Positions 42,151 to 54,675 of a DNA stretch of 64,000 nt are shown here, piece by piece. Each line of letters opens with the position of its first letter. The stretch's first letter is position 1. Location: assembly GCF_009914755.1 (NCBI RefSeq), contig NC_060925.1; one strand, given 5' to 3'. A model generated the notes under the pieces. That model was not told the origin of the DNA. It made no database searches and saw nothing but the letters and a program-made list of their open reading frames with translations. This stretch comes from the human T2T-CHM13v2.0 reference genome, Homo sapiens. The translations under genes and the position numbers were made by a program.

Positions 42151-45100
42151 CACTTTCCCTTCTGAACAGACTGTTGATAGTGTGATGTTCCTCAGACTAC
42201 CTTCATTAGCTCCAACCTGCCCAATATCCTCCATCCCTCCCTCTACCCACAGACTCTCCCTTCTTCCTCTTTCCATAGAGTTTCTATCAATGGTAGTGGT
42301 GGTGGTAGTAAGAGCAGAAACAGAATTAAGAATAAATGGAAAGGTATTTCATGTTGCCTAGTTAGCCATAACTAATTATAATTGTTTCCTTAGCATCAAT
42401 AAACATGAAAGACTTCTGGCTGTAAAGGCATGTCAGGCACTGCTCCAGCTGGAGTTTCCAGCCCTCTCCTTGCTTCCTGTCACATATAACTGCAGGCTGC
42501 CGCTAGACACTGTGGCTTCTTGTTAGACCTGCTTTGTGTGAACTTTGCTGTCATTGGGAATTTAATCATCTTTCTGAGGCAGGGACCACTGCTTTGTTAA
42601 TCTGAACCAAGTTGTGATGTCAGAAAGGAAAACTACCAAAGTTTGGTCCCAATGTTATGAATAACTACTTAAGGTGCTCTGTCTCTGTCTAAAGAAAGAA
42701 AAACACAGTGATCCTAAATGTAAGTAATTCATCATGACATAAAGAGAATTAAAGGAAAATTAACTTTGTAGCATAAAACAGCAGTGACATATAAACCTAC
42801 AAAACGAGTAGAAAAGATACTCAGGTTAAAATTATGGGTTTAGAGGAGGTCCATGGAGTGAACTTAAAATAAATGTATAGTTACAGAAAGGGTTGAGAAT
42901 CTCTCAGGCACTTTAGCCTCTGGCTGTCCTAGACTATGGGATGCTGTTTATGTTCTATGCTAGGACAAAACCAAACAGGCCCACTGGAAGCAAGCCAGGT
43001 CACTGGTGATATTCCTAGGCCTGGCTGCAGGAACCTTTGGCGGATACATGCCCTTCCTTTGTTTGGAGAAAAATGTTATCCTCTCTTACCCTCTGCTCTT
43101 GACTAAACAGATTCTATACCATCATCCCCTTAGGAAAAATGGGCAGGATCCAATCCCAGTTTTCTGTCTGTGTAATGCAGGCATTAGGAGCCACTGGGCA
43201 GCACAGCCTAGCGTTCTCATTTTCTTTTTAATATAATAGCTTTTTTGCAAAGAACGTAAAAGCAGTTGTGCAGCTACATTTGGCTTTAGCAAAAGGAGAA
43301 ATCTGTGAAAATTTAAAAATCAACACAGAACAAGGGGGACTTTATTTGATTTTTAAAGGATTGTTGTCAAGGTACCTTGTATCTGGGTGGGAAGAAAGAG
43401 ACTATCAGGTTTAGGCTGAGAGTTACATTTGACTCTGCTTAGTGGGGCTTCTGTCCAATTTCTTAATACCCTGGTGTCAGAGAGACAGGGGCTCCCCTGA
43501 GACAATTTCAGGTTTGTTTGGTGCTTTGAGAGGCCAGGCTGGGGAGAGGTTCAAGGAGGTGCCTGTTACCACCAATAAGAACAAGGGATGCATTTCCAGG
43601 GGCTTGGTTTGGAGTTGGATGGAGTCTACCTTCCACAGGGACACTGGCTATTTGGGGACAGATATAGGCTACCAAGGTCAAGTGCTTAATCCTCAATCCA
43701 ACACTTCAATGCTTCTTTCAATAGACCAAATTTCCTCATACTCACCCAAGTACTTCCAGATTTAAGAGGGCACTAACATGTAGTGTTAGTGAACCCAATA
43801 ATATGTATATTACTATGGATGGATGGAGGAATGTCAATGCCAATAGCTAGTCACAGGACACAAGTTCTTTGCTAGTAGAGTTAGGTGAAAAATAATCTAG
43901 GCTCATGAGTGTCAAATGGGCCCAGCTAGTGATTTAGGGTAGGTCATTGGTGAAATGGCAGGTTTGAGGGATTAAGTTCAGTAGATTCAGGATGTTTTCA
44001 TATTCATGCAGGAAATACATAAGAGGAGAGCACCAGGGATGATTCTAAGTGTTACACATGGCACAACACCCAAGTAAATAGATTGAATTAGTGATTTTAA
44101 AACTTCTCACCAAAAAAATTCATGCAGGGGAGTTTCATCTTCTCACAGGCTGCCTGGATTCACCTGAGACAGGGGGCAGGCTGGGAGAGGGCCATTGAGT
44201 TTTAGTGGATGGAGTCTATAGCTTCTGATCTGACTCTCCACTGAGGTAGTAGAAGTCTTTGGTGCCCAGGAAATTAGAATGAATGGGAGATGACAAGGTC
44301 ATTGTTGAGACTGTTTCCTGTGCAGGGATCAAGTTACTTTAGAACCTGGATCTCTCAGAATGAATTGCTCAGGTCTCTGAACCTCAAACCAAATAGATGA
44401 GCTTTATATTTAGGCTGCACATTTCAAGATTGAAATCAAAATTGTCATTTTGACTACAGTGTCTCTTACCTGGAGCTATGGCAAACAGGAAGGAAAAAGG
44501 TGATATGGGGCTTCACTGGAGCATCTAGAAGAGTAAGAAGAATGACCACTCTCATTTGACACCTTTATAACAGCTGCTGTGTTATGATTAGATACATCAA
44601 TACGATGAAATATTTCATCTTCTTATGAGGTTCCCAGACTTTTTCAGTTTTGTTAAGAAACAAATAATCAGAATAGTTAAATAACCCTTCCAAAGCAGGT
44701 GACAGAGCCAAGATTTGAATCCAGGGTTTAGATACTACAGCCCATCTTCTTCTTCTAGAGCTACCAAGGGATTAATAGCATATCACACCTAGGCGTGCTA
44801 TGGTGGGAAGCAGAATGCCAGGGGAACGTGTACTTCATTCAAGTCATTGCAAATTAGTTTATTTGGGTAATCTCTTCTGGCACATCATTTAGCAATAGCA
44901 GAGGATTTAAATTAGATTTTCTTTAAGGGGATGTCTATGACCAGATTCTTGCTTGAAGACCTTCAAGGCAGGCACTAGTGGTGGGGCCTGACATCTACAG
45001 CATGTCCTTGTGAAGGAGAATCTGAGCTGGCCCCTCTACCTTCTGAGTTACTATGCTAAGAAGGGAAACAGACAAACAGCAGGAGGTTGCAGTTCCCAGA

Positions 45101-45799
45101 AGAGGCATTGTTCTTCTTCAACCACCTCTGCTGTCTGCCCTGTTACCTAAACAAGTATTACTCCAAATACCTGAAATAGTCATCTTCCAGGAATACACCT
45201 GATACTTGCAAAACAGGACAGGCTTCTGTCCATAGGACTTCAAGATGCAAGTAGGTTTTGGGTTTTCTCTGCATGCCTGATTGGTGCTTGTTGTTTCCCT
45301 AACACCAGTTCATTTTCTGATTCTTTTCTCTTTGGCCAAGTGCCTCCTTTTCACACTGTGTTAGTAACAACCATTGGGGAGACCAGTGGCATGCATGGCT
45401 GGCTTGCATAGATCCCACTCTTCAACTTCATGTTCGAGCATATGCCATCTATTACATCTCCCCATTCTGTGAGTGATGTTGCAATCAATACAAATAAACT
45501 TCAGGGGCCCTCGGCTATAGGTAAACTGTGCCAGCATAAATCGATGAGGTGTTGAGAAACTCTATGTCACATACTCTGATGCTCTGTAATTCTACTTTTC
45601 TGGCTACCAGAGCCCTCCCACAGATTCCAGGGCTTGGTTCAGAAATCTCCCTGCCTTTCCCAACTTGGCTCACAATGATCCCACCCAGAAATGTGGACTT
45701 CTCAGGAGAGACAATGGAACAATGGGAACTATGAGGGCTGCGTTATTCTCACTATTTGACTCAATCTGAACTGTGTCCACTGTAACAGTTAAGGTGTAG

Positions 45800-46415
45800 G
45801 CAAATCTCTCTCAAAATCATCCCTGGACCACCAGCATCAGAATTAGGCACCTGCTAAAAATGTAGATCCCCTCAGGACCTCCTATTTATTCAGAATTTCT
45901 GCAGTCAATACCCAGGAATCTGAAGTTTAGACAAGCTCCCTGTTGTGTCAGTGCCCCTGAAGGAAACTGATGACACACTCAAATTAGGATAATTTTAGGA
46001 GGGTTTAATAAAGGGACCATTTCAGAGAGGTAGTCGGGGTAAGGAGAAGTCACAAGTGCTGTGCGCTGTTAACAGCCTAGGTGCAGCTATGCAGGGGCAC
46101 GCGCGGCAAATGGGTTACTGGAATCTGGAGCAGAGGGACTGTGGGAAGGGCCATAAGATAGGATGTGCTTGGAATTTTGCCATGGAGGGACTCAGCCAGT
46201 GCTTGATGGCCCAATAGGGGTATAAGGACACCAACCTCACTTTGCCAATCTTCTGCAAACCAGAAGCCAGAGGCAAGAGAGCCTGTAGTTTTGCTACACA
46301 GGAGGCAGCCCCCTAGGGCATGGGGCATGGTGAGAAGGACCGTGAGTGGCTCTGCAGGACAAATGGAGACTGCCCAGCCTCTGACTCCCCCACAGCAAAC
46401 CTTGAGAACCACTGG
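45800..46415 (+). mobile_element. MER5-family MITE split by LTR33
   Basis: 5' part 'ggaccaccagcatcagaat...cccaggaatctg...acaagctccc' (to 45940); 3' TIR 'ttgagaaccactg' near 46402-46414. Confidence 0.6.
45941..46380 (-). mobile_element. LTR33-type ERVL solo LTR
   Basis: 'gatgacacactcaaa...tttaataaagggac', 'ccagaagccagaggcaag', 'ggacaaatggag'. Confidence 0.7.
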
Positions 46416-46662
46416 GCTAAACATCTTTCTTGTCTCCAGCCGATGAAGGCCAGTTTCAGTTCATAAGTAAATGAGACAGAGGGTGAAGGGGAGTAAAAGA
46501 AGAGGTGAAAATGGAAGATCCTATTACGGGAAATCCAGGGAAAGCCAGAGATCCAGGAAAAGAGGGTGAGGGAGTTGCAGGAGTGTGAGCAAGTCTGTAC
46601 TTCACTTCCCTGGTGTGCTCCAAATTCCCCTCATGCTGCCCTGCACTTTTGGTCACCTTCCC

Positions 46663-46714
<52 letters not shown>
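46663..46714. repeat. (TG)n microsatellite
   Basis: Direct reading. Confidence 0.95.
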
Positions 46715-46717
<3 letters not shown>

Positions 46718-46918
46718 TCTGCCTCATTTTGCTTAGCACGTTTTCCCTAACTCCCCAACCTAGCGTGAGACTCTTCTTTTCAGTGCTCTGGGAACTGGAG
46801 GCAGCATTTTGTGTGTTTTAACTTTCTGTGGTCTCCATGATCTGCTACAAGTGGTTCCCATGTTCATGGGCACTTTTTCAAGACTTCATCTGACTGTTTC
46901 TGGAAGAGTCTGTGACTA

Positions 46919-47227
46919 CAGTAGTCCTTCCTTATCCACAGTTTTGATTTCTGCAGTTTTAACTACCCTGCAGAACAGTACAACAAGATATTTTGAAAGA
47001 GAGAGAAAGACCACATTTCCATAGCTTTTATTGCAGTATATTGTTACAACTATTCTAGTTTATTGTTGTTAATCTCTTAGTACACCTAATTTATAAACTA
47101 AACTTTATCATATATATACATGTATAGGAAAACACATAGCACATAAAGAGTTTGGTACTATCAGCAGTTTTAGGCATCCACTGGGGTGTCTTAGAATATA
47201 TTCCCCATGGATAAGGGGGCACCACTA
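46919..47227 (+). mobile_element. MER44A (Tigger-type) MITE
   Basis: TIRs cagtagtccttccttatcc / ggataagggggcaccacta; TA on both flanks. Confidence 0.88.
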
Positions 47228-47512
47228 TACTTTCTAGCAAAGTTGTGACATTGAACAGAGAGGTGAGACACCAGTGAGAGCTACCAGACCAAAGGTGAGT
47301 GTTGGGGGAATCCTTAGAGAAAGCTCATTTGACACTTTTTAAAGAGTTTATTGAGGAGCTTGTTCAAATTCAAGATTAACTAAATTGTCTCAAATTACAT
47401 GTTTTCAGACCAGGGATTGCTGCCAGCTCCCTAAAAGTAACCATTTATCTTATGGGTTTTTAGCAGTTCATATTGTGGAACTGGTCCCAAATCCTACCTT
47501 CATGATTTTTTT

Positions 47513-47620
47513 AAAATATGGAACACTTCACTAATTTGCATGTCATCCTTGCACAGGGGCCAATGCTAATCTTCTCTGTATCATTCCCATTTTAGCATAT
47601 GTACTGCTGAAGCAAACAAC
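47513..47620 (-). pseudogene. RNU6: U6 snRNA retropseudogene, full length
   Basis: Reverse complement of the whole U6 sequence including the ACAGAGA box and 3' CCATATTTT; CpG decay; short A tail (47506-47512); no PSE/TATA seen; specific RNU6-xP number unknown. Confidence 0.95.
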
Positions 47621-47971
47621 GAAAAAACTATGCATTTTTTTTCAGTAAGAAAAATGCATACTTTTTTCCTTCTTTGATGACAAATTTTGCCCTCCAACTA
47701 TATTTTCTTTGTTACACACAGCTACACTTTGCTATGCCCCTTCATCCTTCTTGTTGCATTAGATTCCATGTAAAGCAAAGAGAATACAAATTAGATGTAT
47801 CTCCCATCTACCTGGGGAAGTCTGACGGCAAAGCATAAAATCCATTGACTTTTCCCCTCTGTTTTTAACTGAAAATGGAACTCAAATCACACCCTAAATC
47901 CATCCATTTGTTCATCTAAGTGCATACGCATTTCACCATAAAGACTCAAATCCACTGGGGAAGAACAAACA

Positions 47972-48235
47972 GTAATAGTTTACATTTACTGAGCATTTAC
48001 TACATACCTGTCATTATTCTGAATGCTTACTATAGATTATTTTATTTAATCCACACGAGCACACTATGAGGCAGGTACTTATTATTGCCGCTTTTCAAAT
48101 GTGGAAGGTGAGGCACACGGCAGTTAAATAACTTGCCTAGGCTCATACTCCTGCTAAATCTTACAGCCAGGATTAAAACCAAGGCGGTCTGACTTCAGAG
48201 CCTGTGCCCTGAACCACAAAACCATGCTGCCTCTC
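47972..48235 (-). mobile_element. MIR, near full length
   Basis: 'acatttactgagcattt...tttaatcc...tgaggcac...gttaaataacttgcc...gtctgacttcagagcc'. Confidence 0.85.
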
Positions 48236-48279
48236 TGAGTATGAAGAGTTTCTATACTTAAGTTTGCGCCTCTGTTTCC

Positions 48280-48530
48280 TTTCGTTATTCATTTTTTATC
48301 AACAGACATTCAGAGTGTCAAGCGCTGGTGGCGAGAAGCTGAATAAGACTGCTTCTCCTTTCGAGCAGGAACATGGGAGGTCTACAGAACAGGGGAGTGA
48401 CAGATCCCTGCAATATATGTGAGAGGCAGAATAGGAGGTAGGAATAAAGTGCCCTGGAAAGACAGAGCAGGAAGAGACATTTCAGGAAGTTTTTGGAAAA
48501 CTTCCTGGATGAGGTCACAGTTAAGCCTGT
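48280..48530 (-). mobile_element. L2 3' fragment
   Basis: 'ttattcatttttttatcaacagacatt', 'aaaacttcctggatgaggt'. Confidence 0.5.
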
Positions 48531-48785
48531 CAAATAGCAGGTACTTAATAGGTCTTTTGAATGAATGGCAATAGAAATTCATCAAGAAGAGAAAATGATG
48601 ATAAATAAAAGAAACACCAAGGGCAGATAGTGGCTCTTGACTTTGTTCCCCATTTTGAGACCCCATTTGTGTATAGCAGGTGGGCAGCAGAATGGGAGTT
48701 CTTGAGATTTAACTCTCGTGAGGTTCCCTGGGTCCCTGTGTGCCTGAGTCAGGACCTAAATGTGGCTGAGAGTCCAGCTCACCGG

Positions 48786-49623
<838 letters not shown>

Positions 49624-51329
49624 GCAAAGGTAGAACAGGGCAGAGTGATAGCCTGGTCAGGAAGTGAATGAATGGGACTCACAGCCACACTGATTGTCTC
49701 TAGTGACACCAAGAGCTCAGGTGAGGCTAAATCAGCCAGGAACCCCCAGGGGCCCAAAGAGGATGGTCAGGAGTAGGAGGAAGACATCACAAGTCATAGA
49801 AAAGAGATAGGAGGGCCGTTTTCTCTGCATATGCCAGTTATAACAGTTGAATTTGCACTCCCCAGTACTCCTAGAGACTCTAACATTGTGAGAAAGCCAA
49901 TTCTTTCAGAATGTGGAAGACTCGTCAGTTGGACCTGCCAAATCCACCTGTATACTTTGCTATAGTATCAGAAATGATTCTTTTTTATTTTCTCTCTCCC
50001 CAAGGACCAAGATGGATTTCCAGCCTGGATGTTTTGGCGGGGATTCTACCCAGCGGTGGGGGGAAGAACCACGTGCCCTTCCAACCTTGCGTCAGCAATC
50101 CCATGAGGCCCGCCATGAGTCACTGCCAGTGGCCCAGACTCAGTTGTGTGGAGTCTCACACCCTGGGGCGAAACTAGCTAAGTTCATGGGTCTTTCCTGT
50201 CTGTGTTCTCAGTGACTCACCCGAAACAGATAATAACAGTGAGGTTGGGCACACCATGTGACTGGTGCCAGCCAGAACAGGTCATGCTGTTAACCCTTGG
50301 ATCCCAGGCCACCAACTGCTGACTCCCAGGCCCTGGGACAGGCCCATGACACACTTGAGTGGTATCTCCTTCCTATCTCTCTGGGATACTTGGTCAAGGT
50401 TTCAGTTTTGGAAATATGACCTTCCCTTGTAAAGGATCTCAAACTTGGGGTGGTTACTGATAGAGACTGCATCAATAACTATTACCCAGGAGGGGCCCAT
50501 TGTCCTAAAACACCACCAGAGCACAAGTGAGGAGTTTTCATTCATCAAATTGGGTGTTCTTCAAAGTTTGCCAAGGTGCAGATCCTGACCCCTTTCCTGG
50601 TTCTTTCCATCAGTTGGGTGATTCCCAAAGTCTGGGGAAAGAAAGAGAAAGGAGGAATTTAAGAATGGAACAGATGATTTCTCCCACCTCAGACAAGCAG
50701 ACTGTGAGCTCACCGTGTATCTTAAGTATTTGTGGGCAGGGTCCCAGGCAGGACTGTAACATGTCAGCATATGACTTAAAGGCTTGGTGACAGAACAAGG
50801 ATCCACCCAGCTCAGCTGCCCTGCCAGGGTGTTCTCATTGCCTCGCCAGCTTCAGATCACTCCCCAGGGATGCTGCATTCATTATGAAAACCTCTGGTCA
50901 AGGTTGAAAGCCTGCAGGATATGTACTATGACCTCATAATTCACATGGGATAGTCCAGAGGTCTCTAAGACTCTCCAAAATATTATTATGATGCAACCTT
51001 TACCCCATAATATGTGACAGAGCATAACTCAAAATTTAAGTGATCCTTTGCTGACCCTTAATGAGGTTAAAGTGAAAAAACAAAACAAACAAACAAACAA
51101 AAGACAAGATGAGCTGAGATGCTGAGGCTGGGCAGTGATCTGAGTGCTGAGGGTTGCTGATTCTTCAAGATACACATTGCTCCAGGTCATGGGGCAGGGT
51201 GTATATGTACATATGTGTGTGAGTGTGAGAGAGTGGGGGACTGGGTAGGAGACTGGAGTAGGGAGAGGGATGGGACATGTTGCTATGGAGAGAGAGCAGT
51301 GAAACAGGCAGTACGAAAGAATACGATCA

Positions 51330-51800
51330 TGTCAGACAGTCGAGGATCTGGGTCTCAGCCCTGACATTCACTACCCAGGTGGCTTTGACAATTCATGAGT
51401 CTTCTCTCTTTCACCTGTAAAGTGGGGTAACAAAGGTAGATTTGTTAAGTGAGGAGATAATATGTGTAATTGCCTAGGAGAGTTCTAGTCACATAGCAGA
51501 TCATCAGTGGAGGTCCACTCCAATGATGACTGACAACTAGCTGAGAAGTGAATGAGCAAGCCAGGCCAGAAAATTTTATGAACAGTGAAAACTGCAGCCC
51601 AAAGTTCTGTGTATTTCTCAACAGGAAAACAGCTGTATCCTATTTTATGGTGTACAAATACTTTCACTTATGTCACCTCATTCTTCCTCTCAGAAACCCT
51701 CTAAGGAATTTATTGTAGTGATGAGGAAACTGAGGCCCAAGACCACACAGTCGGCAAGGCTGGAACTGGACCCTAAGTCCTATGCATCTTTATGCTACCC
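51330..51800. mobile_element. MIR fragments (two)
   Basis: 'tcacctgtaaagtgggg' (+) and 'gatgaggaaactgaggcccaag' (-). Confidence 0.6.
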
Positions 51801-51934
51801 CATGAGGGAGCAGCTGCAAGTCATGAACACACGTCCATCATGCAGCATCATGGGTGTGGCACCCAAAGGATGAGCTGGAAAATGAAACATTATAAAGATT
51901 TTGTGTTAACTGCAGAAACTCTAGAAACCAGGCA

Positions 51935-52340
51935 TTGATTCCTCCACTCCAGAAATATTTATTGAGGATCTACAATGTGCTGGGCACTGATCCCAATGCT
52001 GAGGATATGTCAATGAACCAACTAAACAAAGCCCGGATTCCTAAGAGACAACAGTAAACAATAAGCATAGTAAGTGAGTAAAGTGTGTCGTATTTTAGAG
52101 GGTGTTAAGTGCTTTGGGAAGAGGAAGGAGTAGAGCAGAGTAAGAAGGATCTGGATTGCAGGCCACAGGATGGTTGCAATTTAAAGTAAGTTAATCCAAG
52201 TCAACCAGACTAGGGAAAAGATTTAAGTTGGGGGTCAAGGGAGTGAGGAGTGAATACCCAGAAGCAGAGTGTTCCAGGCAGAAAGGAAAGTCAGAGTCAA
52301 GTCCTAAGGCAGGCAGATGCCTGGCATATTTGGGGAAACT
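51935..52340 (-). mobile_element. L2 3' fragment
   Basis: 'aaatatttattgag...atgtgctgggcactg', 'agagtgttccaggcaga'. Confidence 0.75.
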
Positions 52341-53554
52341 TCAACACCCAGAGCACAGTGCTGGCACCATGAAGATTGATGGATTGATTATGATGGTGGA
52401 TCACCAGCCCACAAGCTCAGTTTTATGGTTTCTAGAAAGTCTATTCAAGACTACAAGGCCCTTCCACTGATACACTCACAAATCTGAGCCTCTTGGGCCA
52501 GTACATTGAATGAGATAGTATCGTTTTAGTAAGGATTCTTTTCTCTATCAAGGGAATCTTTTCAATAGTGAATTGTGTTCTTGTACTTAAAATATTTCAT
52601 CTCTAAAGGTTCCATTGATGTCTGACTCTGCAGAAATGACTTGGTGGTATAGACAGGACCCTGATATAGGGATCTCTATTGATGACACTTGACCTGCTGC
52701 TGTTTAGTTATATGTTCCATAAAGGCAGCCCGTAGGTCCCATCTCTTTACTCAGGCACTGAAGTGTTCCCTGCATCTGGCGCCTCTTGTCCCTACATCCT
52801 TACCTCCTCTGCTGTCTTTTACACATCCCTCACTATAAGTCAAGCTAGAAACCTGTGCTCTCCAAATCCTGCCAGAACTAATTCAGAAGAAAAACATTTT
52901 ATCGCATAAAAGTTTGTATATAACAATTAAGCATGCATTGAAATCTATATTTGCATTTAATTTTCTGATAGCTTGAAAACTAATGTAAAACATTTTTAAA
53001 TCTTTTTAGCAAATAAAGTTTGCCCCAGCCCCCTCCAGACAGTGTGCCTTTCCTGGTGTTACCTGTCTCTCCTTTCTTTGCCGTAGATTACCCATACTTG
53101 GTATCAGTTACCAGTGTGTCTGCATAAGAAAAAATTTAAATAAAAAGTGTGTGCAAACATTGCAAAACAGTTTTCATAGAAAATAAAATATTTTTAGAGA
53201 CAAGTTAATGCTTCCCAGGATTAACAGCAGGTAAAATTCTAGGAGACCCCTGTCTCTTTCCCCCAAGCAGAGAAGGTCACTGCTAAATATCACTGGCAGG
53301 AAGCTCCTGGGCTACAGCACACTTTGCAAACTGCAAAATCACAACAGCAGAATTCCTGGTGTTTGTACTATAATTCTGGATATATTTACTTGCCATATTT
53401 TTTAGACTTCATCTAGTCTTTTTCTCTTTCTCTGTCTTACACTGGCATTTTTCCTCTTAACACCATTTGAGGTGAGAAAAGTTGTAAAAAAATAATTAAA
53501 GTTTGAGTCTTGGTTCTTCTCATCTTTAAATGGATAATAATAACAATAGTAATA

Positions 53555-53626
53555 ATAGCAACACTAATAACAATAGCAACACCAATACCCATAGCAACAC
53601 CAATACCCATAGCAACACCAACAATC
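53555..53626. repeat. 18-bp minisatellite, 4 units
   Basis: atagcaacaccaataccc; units 2-3 identical, 1 and 4 degenerate. Confidence 0.9.
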
Positions 53627-53864
53627 TATAAAAGACTCTAGGCAATGACTGAAGTGATAGTATTGGAGAGACAAGCTGACATGCACAATCCAACTATAAG
53701 AAGAAAAAAACTGAGGAGCGTAAAAGACAAACCAATCCATAAAGTAAATTAGACACTGATTTTTAGAATACTCTTTACTTTCAAGTCTTAGTTTCATGCC
53801 TCTGTTAATTTTACTCTATGTTAGATAAAAAGTAAGGAGTTTCTGCAGTCATAAGAGTGTACAC

Positions 53865-54290
<426 letters not shown>

Positions 54291-54396
54291 TTAAGTTCAT
54301 CACCCAATAAAATACTTTACTTTTAGACTGATATATAAAAAAAATTCCCTGAATTCTCAATAGGCAGTGGCATTCACTGTATTAAAACATCTGAAA

Positions 54397-54398
<2 letters not shown>

Positions 54399-54433
<35 letters not shown>
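54399..54433. repeat. (GT)17 microsatellite
   Basis: Direct reading. Confidence 0.95.
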
Positions 54434-54435
<2 letters not shown>

Positions 54436-54620
54436 CCTAGTTACAAATTATGCAGGAAAAGCAATTTTCCCTACTTTCCCCTACTTTGGGGATGGGATTA
54501 AGTCTAGAGTAAGAGACAACTATTTAAGGCAAATAGTTTTATTGTAAAATTAGGATTATATGGTTCAGTAAGGGCAAGAAATAATTCTGGATTTGAGATG
54601 AGGGAGAAAAGGAAATGGAG

Positions 54621-54624
<4 letters not shown>

Positions 54625-54672
<48 letters not shown>
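54625..54672. repeat. (AC)24 microsatellite
   Basis: Direct reading. Confidence 0.95.

Positions 54673-54675
<3 letters not shown>

Noticed and set aside
47513-47620. Functional U6 gene
   Set aside because: Many substitutions, a 1-nt insertion, an A tail and no upstream PSE/TATA; a retrocopy
53555-53626. CRISPR-like array or Cys/Tyr-rich peptide (WCCYGY repeats)
   Set aside because: Head-to-tail units without spacers in primate DNA; a simple minisatellite
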